64,000 nucleotides of DNA. It comes from Malacoraja senta. Its lineage: Eukaryota. Positions 12,758 through 25,019 of this stretch are shown piece by piece. Where the stretch lies: NCBI GenBank assembly GCA_038087875.1, contig JAXLNO010000179.1:62001-126000 (forward strand), given 5' to 3'. Under the pieces are notes generated by a model. The model made no database searches. It worked only from the letters and a program-made list of their open reading frames with translations, and was not told the DNA's origin. Both the position numbers and the translations under genes were made by a program. Every line of letters begins with the position of its first letter. Position 1 is the first letter of the stretch.

Positions 12758-13636
12758 CTGGTATTCAGTTGGAACTTGACTCTCCACAATGGATGTAATC
12801 TTGGTACAGATAAGTGTCAAGCAAGTTGTGGGCGTTGCACTTTATTTCAGTCTTTTAATTATTGTACCACTAAGTTATTAAATATATGGTTTTGCTGGCA
12901 AAACATTGATTACATAGAACAAAGAACACTACAGCACAGGACCTGGCTCTTCAGCCCACCGTCTGTGCCGAACATGATGCCAAGACATATCCTCATCTAC
13001 CTGCATATAATTCATTATTCTGGTAACCGCCTCTGCACCCTTTCCAAAGCCTCCAAATCCTTCTTGGAATGGGACAACCAGAACTGCAGGCAACACTGTA
13101 AATGAGAAATGAGTCTGAAGAATGATCTCAACCCAAAATGTCATGTATAGCTTTTCCCCAGAGATGACAATAGACAATAGGTGCAGGAGTAGGCCATTTG
13201 GCCCTTCGAGCCGGCACCGGCATCCAATGTGATCATGGCTGATCATCCCCAATCAGTACCCCGTTCCTGCCTTCTCCCCATATCCCCTGACTCTGCTATC
13301 TTTAAGAGCCCTGTCTAGCCATCTCTTGAAAGTATCCAGAGAACCGGCCTCCACTGCCCTCTGAGGCAGAGAATTCCACAGACTCACAACTCACTGTGAG
13401 AAAAAGTGTTTCCTCATCTTCGTTCTAAATGGCTTACCCCTTATTCATAAACTGTAGCCCCTGGTTCTGGACTCCACCAACATTGGGAACATGTTTCCTG
13501 CCTCTAGCGTGTCCATACCCTTAACAATCTTATATGTTTCAATAAGATTCCCTCTCATCCTTATAAACTCCAGAGTGTACAAGCCCAGCCGCTCCATTCT
13601 CTCAGCATATGACAGTCCCACCATCCCGGGAATTAA

Positions 13637-13986
13637 TCCAATTCAATCCAATTCAATTGATTTGTTTTTTGAGGGACAAATTTGTCATTTGGACCCCTTG
13701 AGGTCCAAACGAAATGTCGTTTCTGCAGCCATACAATACAAAACAAAGAAGACCCGAGACACAACACAATTAACACATACATCCATCACAACGCTGTGAT
13801 GGAAGGCAAAAATAACGTATCTCTCCACTGCACTCCCCCCCCCCCGATGTCAGAGTCAAAGTCAAAGCCCCCGGCGGGCGATGGTAATTATCCCGCGGCC
13901 ATTATAGCCACGCCGGGTGATGCAAGGTCGCGCACCGGGTCTTGGTGTTAGAGCCCCGGCGCTCGCCCGCAAAGTCCGGCAGTTAA
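13637..13986 (-). mobile_element. Short non-autonomous retroposon with (TTGAA)n-like tail, inserted in CR1
   Basis: Interrupts CR1 at ttaa; related sequence at 29880-29985. Confidence 0.55.
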
Positions 13987-14572
13987 CTTTGTAAACCTAC
14001 GTTGCACTCCCTCAATAGCAAGAATGTCCTTCCTCAAATTAGGGGACCAAAACTGCACACAATACTCCAGGTGTGGTCTCACTAGGGCCCTGTACAACTG
14101 CAGAAAGACCTCTTTGCTCCGAAACTCAACTCTTGTTATAAAGGCCAACATGCCATTCACTTTCTTCACTGCCTACTGTACCTGCATGCTTACTTTCATA
14201 GACTGATGAACAAGGACCCCCAGATCCCGTTGTACTTCCCCTTTTCCCAACGACGCCATTTAGATAGTAATCTGCCTTCCTGTTTTTTAGACCAAAGTGG
14301 ATAACCTCACATTTATCCACATTAAACTTCATCTGCCATGCATCTGCCCACTCCCCCAACCTGTCCAAGTCACCCTGCATTCTCATAGCATCCTCCTCAC
14401 GGTTCACACTGCTACCCAGCTTTGTGTCATCTGCAAAATTGCTAATGTTACTTTGAATCCCTTCATCCAAATCATTGATGTATATTGTAAATAGCTGCAG
14501 TCACAGCACCGAGCCCTGCGGCACCCCACTAGTCACTGCCTGCCATTCTGAAAGGGACCTGTTAATCCCACT

Positions 14573-17067
14573 TGTCTACTTGACAACTTCTCTCTCACTC
14601 AGCACGTCACCTTTCCCACTCATGACAAAGGTCACATCCTTGACCTGGTCTGCTCCACAAATCAACCGGTACTCGACCTCCATCCATGCCTCTTCCCCCT
14701 CTCTGATCATAAGCTTATACGGTTCACCATCCCTTCTCCGACACCTCGCCCCCGCTTCCTCCGAGAAATCACCTTCCGTAATCTAAAATCCATCGACCCT
14801 CACCATCTCTCTGACCTGCTCTCCACCACTCTCCCCCTGGACTCAACCCACATCTCACCTGATGATCTCACAAACCATCTCAATTCCACCCTGTCTACCT
14901 CCCTTAACACTCTGGCTCCCCTCAAAACAAGAACTGTAACTTTTAATCAATCTTCACCCTGGTACACACCTGCACTTCGTAAGCTGAAACAGATTGGTCG
15001 CCGACTTGAACGACTCACAGTCCACCATGAAGCTTACAAACTCCACCTCACTGCCAACAAAGATGCCCTCATTGCTGCTAAATCTGCATACCTCTCCTCC
15101 ATATTCACCGACCCCTGCCTAAACCACAGAACCCTCTTCTCCACAGTGTGCAACCTCCTCAAGCCTCGAGCCAACACTCTCCCTACTTCCACTCTGGATC
15201 TCTGCAACTCATTCCTCCACTTTTTTGCTGACAAAATCAGCACCATCTATCAATCCTTATCCCCTGTACCTGACTCCCCAGCATCTACTCCACCACCTAC
15301 CAAGGCCCCTCCTTTCAACATCTCCCCTGATCTCCATACCCCCCCCCCCTCACTGGTTCCTCTCACAGTTTGACCCGGTCACCCCTACTGAAATCTCCAA
15401 ACTCATCAGCTCTTCCAAACCCACTACCTGCTCCCTCTCCCCTCTCCCCACTCCCCTGCTGAAGTCCTGCCTCCCCGCTCTCTGCCCCTACCTCACTAAT
15501 CTCTTCAACTCCTCATTGTCCCAAGGAATTGTCCCCTCTGCTTTCAAAACTGCTGCTGTCACACCAATCTTAAAGAAACCTGGTCTTGATCCCTCCTCTC
15601 TCATTAACTACCGCCCTATCTCAAGCCTCCCCTTTCTTTCAAAAACCCTGGAGCGTATCGTCGCGTCACAACTTCATTCCCACCTCCTCGCGTATAACCT
15701 ATTCGAACCCCTCCAATCTGGCTTTCGCCCCGCCCCCTCCATAGCACAGAAACTGCTCTCAAAGTCCTCAATGACCTCCTTACCTCTGCTGACACTGGCT
15801 CCCTCAATATCCTCATCCTCCTCGACCTGAGTGCAGCCTTCGATACTGTGAATCATAACATCCTGCACACCAGACTTAGGGACCTTGGCATTGAAGGTTC
15901 TGCACTCAGCTGGCTCCGTTCCTCCCTTTCCAACCGATCCCACTTCATCTCTCTCCATAACCACACCTCTGCCACAGCCACTGTCACTCAAGGCGTTCCC
16001 CAAGGCTCCGTTCTTGGTCCCCTCCTCTTCATCATCTACATCCTCCCCCTTGGTCATATACTCCGTCACTTCAACCTGGACTTCCACTGCTATGCTGATG
16101 ACACCCAGATCTATCTCAGCACCAAGTCCCCCCACCACCCCCCTCTCTCCCATATCAACTCCTGCCTATCAGCCATCAAATCTTGGATGCAACTCAACTT
16201 CCTTAAATTAAACAGTAGCAAAACAGAATTTCTCCTCATTGGCTCCAAATCAACACTCACTAAAATTAACAACCCCACTCTCACTATTGACGGCACCACT
16301 GTCTCCCCATCTCCTCAGGCACGCAACCTTGGCGTGATCATTGACTCAACCCTCTCCCTTGAGCCTCACATCCGCCATGTTGTCAAAACGTCATTTTTTC
16401 ACCTCTGCAACATTGCCAAAATCAGATCCTCTCTCACACCCCCCGCTGCTGAAAGACTCATCCATGCCTTCATCTCCTCCCAACTGGACTACTGTAAGTC
16501 TCTTCTCTTTGGCATCAATTCCAGCAACATCAACCGACTCTAACTGGTCCAGAATGCAGCTGCCCGACTCATTACCCACACCAAATCCTGGCACCACATC
16601 ACCCCAGTTCTCAAAGAACTCCACTGGCTTCCCATTTCCCACCGGATCATCTGCAAAATCCTGGTCCTCACCTACAAAGCCCTCAACCACTTGGTCCCCC
16701 CTTATCTCACTGACCTCCTCTACCCCTACCAACCCTCACGGTCCCTCAGATCCACATCAGCTGGTCTCCGCTCCACTCAGAAATCAAACCTCTGCACTTT
16801 TGGAGGCAGAGCCTTCTCCAGGGCAGCTCCCAGGCTCTGGAATTCCCTCCCACAACTGATCCGAAATTCTGAGTCCCTCACCATCTTCCAGTCCTGCCTC
16901 AAGACCCATCTCTTCACCTCTGCATACCCTTAGTCCCATGTTCCCCTCCCCTTTCCATCTCTGTCTTACTGCTCTATTTTGTTTTGTTTATTCTTGACTC
17001 TCAATGTAAAACGACTTTGAGTCCTGAAAAGCGCTATATAAATAAAATGTATTATTATTATTATTAC
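14573..17067 (+). mobile_element. L2 LINE, 5'-truncated and decayed, nested in CR1
   Basis: NYRPISSLPFLSK, GVPQGSVLGP, YADDTQIY and RAAPRLWNSLP motifs; aataaa...(tta)n tail. Confidence 0.9.
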
Positions 17068-17807
17068 TTTGTTACCTGTCTGCCAACCAATTTTCTATCC
17101 ATCAGCACTCTACCCCTAATACCATGTGCCCTAATTTTGCCCACTAATCACCTTTGTGGGACCTTATCAAATGCTTTCTGAAAGTCCAGGTACACTACAT
17201 CCACTGACTCTCCCTTATCCATTTTCCTAATTACATCCTCATAATATTCCAGAAGATTAGTCAAGCATGATTTCCCCTTCGTAAATCCATGCTGACTCAG
17301 ACCGATCCTGTTACTGCTATCCAAATGTGCGGCTATTTCATCTTTGATGGCTCCAGCATCTTCCCCACCACCGATGTCAGGCTAACTGGTCTATAATTCC
17401 CTGATTTCTCTCTCCCGTCTTTCTTAAAAAGTGGGATAACATTAGCTACCCTCCCATCCACAGGAACTGATCCTGAGTCTACAGAACATTGGAAAATTAC
17501 CACCAATGCATCCACAATTTCGAGAGCCACTTCCTTAAGTACCCTGGAATGCAGACCATCAGGCCCTGGGGATTTATCAGCCTTCAGACCCATCAGTCTA
17601 CCCAACACCATTTCCTGCCTAATGTCGATTTCCTTCAGTTCCTCCGTCACACCAGACCCTCTGGCCACTACTATATCAGGAAGATTGTTTGTGTCCTCCT
17701 TAGTGAAGACGGACCCAAAGTACCCGTTCAACTCATCTGCCATTTCCTTGTTCCCCATAATAAATTCACCTTTTTCGGATTTCAAGGGTCCAACTTTGGT
17801 CTTAACT

Positions 17808-18301
17808 GCAGGAGTGGGGCGCCGTTGTGTATGGCTGCTCTGCCTGCAGTCCGTCCTTTCGCCCTTATTTTCAGTGTGTTTAAAAACTTTAGCTTGGAAG
17901 TTTTCTAGCTCTTTTATGTGGGGGGTGGGGGGAGGGGAAGGGGGAACTGTATTTCTTAGTCCCATACCTGGTCGGAGAGGCAGCTTTCCTCCGAGCCGCA
18001 TCTTCTCCCCTTCCTCGGGGCCTACCATCGGGACTGGAGCGGCGTTTCTTGCCGGGACCGGCCAGAACCCCAGCATCAGCGGCGGCACAGCGCTGAAGCA
18101 CCATCACGGAGCGGGCGATGCTTTACCGAGGATCGCCGTGCGGTAAGCTCCAGAGTGCTGAGACCGCCGATTCCAACATCGCGGAGCTGTGGTTGCAGAG
18201 CGTCCAGCCGCGGGCGGCGCTGGCTTTCAAACACCGCGGAGTCTGGGATCTCTCGCCGAGATCACCAGTGTCGGAGCTCCGACCAGCGCGGCCTGTGGAC
18301 T
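17808..18301. mobile_element. GC-rich non-coding repeat inserted in CR1
   Basis: Interrupts CR1; start resembles gggtggcgcc...atggctgc at 21555. Confidence 0.45.
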
Positions 18302-19470
18302 TCTTTTTTTTTTTTTTAAATAATTTTATTAGAAGCAAAGACATATTGTGGTAAAAACATTTCATGTTCATCAATCATACATTATTAATATTATCGATTG
18401 TGGATTGATTCTGCTTCTAGTTTTTTTTAATAGATAGAAAGTGAGAAAGAGAGAAAAAAAAGAATGTCAAGATAAAAAATAAAAGTGGAATAATTTACTA
18501 ATAATACATCATTGGAGATAGGTTCGTAGGTTATAAAGTATAACTTTTCATCTAATCTTAAATTCAAGCTTCAGTTAGGTTCCCGTGCCGAACCGATCTA
18601 CCCCTTCAAATAGTCAAATAGATCATATTCTAACAAAAAGTTCTTGTTTGTCCATTAAGACAAGTCTGATTCTTTCCAGGTGTAGGGTCTCCGACATTTC
18701 CTTAATTGTGGGGGTTATAGGACCTTTCCAAACTTTTAATATTAATTTTTTCCCAGTTATTATACTGTAGTCTAGGAAGTTTCTTTGGCTTGTTGTGAGT
18801 GTTAGACTTTGTTCTGATATTCCAAGTATTATTAGTTTTGAATCGGGATCCAATTTAGCAACTTCAGAAATTATTCTAAAATATCAATACAGAAAATTTA
18901 AATTTTTATACAATTTGCAAAAGTATGTGTTAAATTTGCCTCTAGATGCTGACATTTATCACAAATAGGAGAGATATGTGGGACAGTTCTAATTAGTTTT
19001 GCTTTAGAATGATGTAATCTGTGTAATACTTTAAATTGTATTAAAGCATGTCTGGCATTTAATAAGCATTGATGTATATATTGTAGACTTTCGTCCCAAA
19101 TATCTTTCGTTATAGGTTGGCCTAATTAATTTTCCCATGTGTGTCTATATGATTCCATCGATGGGACCTCATTATCTAAGAGGGTGTTATAAATATAAGT
19201 TATTAATTTTTATGTTTTAGGATGTTTATTCAAACATTCGTCAAGGGAACATTCGTTCCCTAGTCCTATAATTTTGTGTATTGGATTTAACATAATTTCT
19301 AAGTTGTAGATATCTGAAAAAATTGTTTGAGTGTAGTCCGTAGATCTGTTGTAACTCCTGAAATGAAAGAAAAGTGCCTTTTCTATAAAGATGTCCCATT
19401 TAATTTCTTCTATGTAAAGCACTTTGGTTTCAACGCGAGTTGATTTAAATGTGCTATAAAATTTACTCAC
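18302..19470 (-). mobile_element. L1-clade LINE 3' fragment
   Basis: Poly(T) at 18305-18317 (antisense poly-A); peptide KKLILKVWK...LHLERIR typical of the L1 ORF2 C-terminus. Confidence 0.75.
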
Positions 19471-21276
19471 TCACTTACTAAACTCATTTTTTCCTCTTCA
19501 CATACCTAAAGAAGCTTTTACTATCCTCCTTTGTATTCTTGGCTAGCTTACCATCGTACCTCATCTTTTCTCCCCGTATTGTCTTATTAGTTATCTTCCG
19601 TTGCTCTTTAAACATTACCCAATCCTCTTGCTTCCCGCTCATCTTTGCTACGTTGTACTTCTCATTTATTTTTATACTGTCCCTGATGCCCCTTGTCAGC
19701 CACGACCGCCCCTTACTCCCCTTGGAATCTTTCTTCCTCCTAGGAATGAACTGATCCTGCACCTTCTGTATTATTCCTAGAAACACCTGCCATTGTTGTT
19801 CCACTGTCATCCACGCGAGGGTATCTTTCCAGTCAACTTTGGCCAGCTCCTCCCTCATGGCCCCATAGTCCCCTTTATTCAACTGTAACACTGACACCTC
19901 CGATCTACCCTTCTCCCTCTCCAATTGTAGATTAAACCTGACCATATTATGGTCACTACCTCCTAATGGCTCATTAACCTCAAGTTCCTTTATCAAATCC
20001 GGTTCATTACATAACACTAAATCCAGAATTGCCTTCTCCCTGCTCGGCTCCAATACAAGCTGTTCTAAGAATCCATCACGAAGGCACACTACAAAGTCCC
20101 TTTCTTGGGGTCCAGTACCAACCTGATTTTCCCAGTCTTCCCGCATGTTGAAATCTCCCATAACAACCACAGCATTACCTTTGCTACATGCCAATTTTAA
20201 CTCCTGATTCAACGTGCACCCTATGTCCAGGCTACTGTTTGGGGGCCTGTAGATAAGTCCCACTAGGGTCTTTTTACCCTTACAATTCCTTAGTTCTATC
20301 CATACTGAATCCATATCTCCTGTTTCAATGTCACCCCTTGCAAGGGGCTGAATTTCATTCCTCACCAACAGAGCTACCACACCCCTCTGCCCACCTGTCT
20401 GTCTTTTCGATAGGAGGTATGCCCTTGAATATTCAGTTCCCAGCCCTGGCCCTCTTGCAGCCATGGCTCTGTAATTCCCACAACATCATACTTGCCAATT
20501 TCTAACTGAGCCTCAAGCTCTTACACTTTATTTCTTATACTTTGCGCATTCATATACAACACTTTGACCTCCGTATTCACGTCCCCCCTCGCACCGCTCA
20601 CAATTGGCCCTGACCTTACTCTTTTATCCCTTCTCGAACTTTCCTTACCATTAATGCGAGAATCTTTTGTAATTTTTCCTGTACTCACTTCCCCTTCAAC
20701 TCTATCTTTATACTCCCAATTTGTGAATCCCCCCCCCCTCCCCCACTATTTAGTTTAAACCCACACAGTGAGCCCTTGTTACTGCTGCCCCTGCACTGAT
20801 TGAATTGGTTTTTTAAGTGGCAAATAACTATGAATTGTCAGACTGCACGGATAATGCCATCCGGATGCCCGATAAGATTCACAACGCGCTTGCCGAGAGA
20901 TTTCGGAATCGCTCGCTCTCGTCAACAAAACAAACAAGTCGGGAGGAGATTAATTTGTGAAGGGTGCGCCTTTTTATTATTTTTTCGTCAAAGATAGGGG
21001 AACACAGTCGGTTATTTATATGATGTCACGGCTTTGAACCTGGTTTTAAGAGGAATCTTCGAATGTAACTTGAGGTGTCCTCCGGAAACAGGAATAAAAT
21101 GATAGAAAGGAGCTTTAGGAAATAATCGAGGAAGTTTCGCAGGGTCGCAAAGATAACAACTTCTGACTTTTATCAGTGTATTGAATAAAAGTCAATTCTG
21201 GATATGTACTATGGTTCTCTCTTATAACTGTACACCAATTGCTAAAACAGTTCTTCCCCAAACTGGGGTCTCGTAC

Positions 21277-22070
21277 TGAAGAAGGGTCCCGACCAGAAAC
21301 GTCACCATTCCTTTTCTCCAGAGATACTGCCTGTCCCGCTGAGTTACTCCAGCATTTTGTGTCTATCTAAGTTATAGTACTGATCCTCTCAACACACCTC
21401 ATTAGATTAGACAGTTCTCTGGAACTATTACGCCACCTTGCTGAAAAAAACCCATATTCTGCACACTGGTAATTTCTCTTCGATCAGTCTGTTGTACTTA
21501 TGTATGGTTTCATTGCATTCATCGTCAATGTACTATTATACATATCATATCCACCGGGTGGCGCCAGCAATGGCTGCCTCGCCAACAGTCTGTCTCGTCC
21601 ATTCCTTCATTGTTGTTTATGGTGACCTCATCACTAGGGTCGATTGGCACTAACGTTCATTTGTCACCGTGGTACAGAATAAGAATGTCCCTCACCCAAT
21701 ATGGAATAAAAATGTAGAAACAAAGAACTGCAGACGCTGGCTTATGACAAAGGTATGACACAAAGTGCTGGAGTAACTCAGTAAGTCAAGCAGCATCTCT
21801 GGAAAAAAAGTTCATAAGGTGACGAAGGGTCCCGACCCAAAACGTCACCTATCCATTTTTCTTTTGAGATGCTGCCTGACCCACTGAATAATTCCAGCAC
21901 TTTGTGTCTGTAATAAGGAGGAACGTGAGATGCTGGTTTATACGAGAGATAGACACAAAGTGCTGGAGTAGCTCAGTCCAAGGAAGGGTCCCGACCTGAA
22001 ACATCACCTATCCATTTTCTCCAGAGATACCACCTGACCCGCTGAGTTACTCCAGCGCTTTGAGTCTATC
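21277..22070. repeat. Cluster of Penelope-derived short repeats in both orientations
   Basis: Recurrent gaagggtcccgacc-gaaacgtcacc...gagttactccagca motif. Confidence 0.7.
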
Positions 22071-25019
22071 CTGGTACCACACCCAATTATTGGTTTCAAT
22101 AGCTTTTAAGTTTCTGTGGAAGTTAAATTGTTAACAGGGGTTTGTTCTTGAAGACTAGTTCTCACTTTAGTTAAACATAACAATCCACATAATTCTGTAA
22201 ACTCCTGGATAATCTCCAAATCTAATGGCCAATTGGTATCCCCAGTTCCACGTGACAACTTGTTCTGGAAACCAGAGGAAATATTTTCTTTGTCAGCTCA
22301 TTCCAATTCCTCAAGGATGTTGAACACCTCCAATTGATCACTAGAATCCTTCTGTTCCTTTTTACTGGCTACAGGTTTTCTCCATGTAACCTGTGCTTAC
22401 AATTTATAATCAAAGATTAGGCACAAAACGCTGGAGTAACTCAGCGGGTCAGGCAGCATCTCTGGAGAAGGAATGGGTGACCTTTCGGGTCAAGACCCTT
22501 CATCATACTACTTCAGAAGTAGAATCATTCTGATAAATGTGGAACACTCGCTCCAAAAGTAATACAAATCTCCCCACAATGCTAAGCACATACTGAACAG
22601 TACACTGAACAATGGCAAACCAAGCTTTGTTAATGGTAACTTTTCCCTCTGCTTTAGATGACTTGAGATAAAAGAACAATATTCCATTAGCCTTTTAAAA
22701 TATTCTCTGTAACCATTCATTTAGTGCTGCCTGTCCTCACAAACACTCATTGTTTTGCTTCCCCACTTACTAACCATCTTTCCGCTGACTGATTAGCACG
22801 CAACAATCCCTGTACCTCTGTACACACGACAATAAACTAACCTAAATTCTTCACACCTTATGCCACAGAGTTTCAGCAATTTACGTAATCTGCCTACAAT
22901 TGTTGAATAAACGGTGATCATGAGCTCTTAAAAAAATATCTTGTTGATATTTTCTAGATCAAGTTCATTTATTTTCTAATTCAATAATCCCTGTCATGAC
23001 TGTTTCCCAAAGATACTAAAACTAAATCTTTCCTTCTCTTTCTGTCAACATTATCGTTCATAGACCCCGTTTTAATTACATTTGGCAGAGGTAACAAACT
23101 TCAAACAAAAAATCTTAAATCATTATAGCCAGTGTAAAATAAAAAGTATCCAACATGTGTACCAGTCATTCACTTCCACCAACAGTTTGATAAGTGCTCC
23201 CTGAACCTCTCGACTTAATTAAATATTTACCTTGCATTATTCTTGAAGTTGAATCGCAAGATCAAGTGTTGCCAGAAATCTGAGGCTAACAGAATGCATG
23301 GTACCACTAAAAAGGAAAGCAGTCTTTTCGATGAAAGTTGCTCCCAATGGGAACTAATGATAGAGTTAAAGGGACACACAATAAGGAAGTAGGGCACTGA
23401 GGAGTAGTACCACTGATCATCAGCCAATCATTTACACACAAACCCATCTTTTATTCTCCCCACATTCCTATTAACCCCCCAGTTCCATCCATTCACCCAT
23501 CAACCAACTAACCTAAGATACACACAAAAAAACTGGAGTAACTCAGCGGGTCAGACAGTGTCGTTGGAGAAACAGAAGAGATGACTTTTCAGGTCGAGAC
23601 CCTTCTACAGACCCGAAGCATCACTATTCCTTCTCTCCACTGAGTTACCACAGCATTTTCTGTGTATCTTTGGCTTAAACCAGCATCTACAGTTCCTTCT
23701 ACACAACCAACTAACCTATCAAGCTCCACATCTTTACGAGACAGGGGGTAATGTGGAGCACTGGGAGAAAACCCTTGAGGTCATCTAGAGAGAATATACA
23801 AACTCCACAGAGACTGTATCAGAGGTCAGGACAGAAGCCACTTTGCTGGGTCAGTGAGGCAGCAGCTCTCTACCAGCTGCACCCCAATGCTGTTCATCAT
23901 TTTACAATATTATAATGTTTAAGATTCTAAAATAAAAAAATATTCATAGTTTGTCGTGTAACTTTTTCACACAAAGGGAGGTGGGTGAATAGAACGAGTT
24001 GCCGGAGGAGGTAGTTGAGGCAGGTGCTATCACAACATTTAAGAAACATTTAGACTGGTTCATGGATAGGACAAGTTTAGAGGGATATGGGCAAAATGCA
24101 GGCAGGTGGGACTAGTGCAGATGCGGCATGTTGGCCAGTGTGGGCAGGTTGGGCTGAAGAGGCCGTTTCTCCGCTGCAAGACTCGATGACTCTACTTATA
24201 AGGCACTTTCCCTTTCACAGAAATAGTTACGGCTAATGAAATACTTCTGAAATATTAACTGTTTGTGGAGGAATGCCCAAAAATGGCAATGAGAAAAAGA
24301 ACAGGTAATCTCTCCCAGAATTAGGCAGGACATCAGGGAAAATGTCCCCAATCATACTCATTTTTAAATTCCAACAAAAATCCTACAAAAAGTAGACTTC
24401 TCATTAGCTATTGAAAGCTGAACCTTCTCGCAAAATATAACAATGAGTTTACAGCCCGCATCTCTGCTGGTAGCTGCTAATTAAACTAATTACCCTTTGA
24501 CTAAACCCTTGAAACCTGATTCCAATTAAACAATTATTCAAATTCTCCAATAAATGTTAAAATGGCCACACCCATCGGATGATGCAACTTTTTTCTTTAA
24601 TCGTGAAGCTTTTATAACGTAATCAAAAAAATCTTGCCATTTTTAAGTGTTACCTCATTCTTTCAATAGTCCAGGCGAACCTTTCTGTGTTTTCAGTGCA
24701 AACATACGGAAAGACAGGTGACCTTTATTAAGTGTCCACTCGATTCAGTTGCAGTATTCTTGCCCTTGATTAGGAAGGGTCGGTTGGCCACACACTTTGA
24801 CCTTCAGGTAGAAGGTACAGGAGCCTGAAGACTGCAACGACCAGGTTCAGAAATAGCTACTTCCCCACAGCCATCAGGCTATTAAACTTGGTTTGGACAA
24901 ATCTCTGAACATGAATAGCCCATTATCTGTTATTTGCACTTAATCAGTATATTTATTCATGTGTGTATATATTTATATAATGGTATATTATATTATTATT
25001 TAAAATTATTATATTACAA

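Larger units (their letters stand above)
13165..20760 (-). mobile_element. CR1 LINE (ORF2 and 3'UTR) split by nested insertions
   Basis: CR1 pieces at 13165-13636, 13987-14572, 17068-17807 and 19481-20760 are collinear with the intact CR1 at 51-54 kb. Confidence 0.85.
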
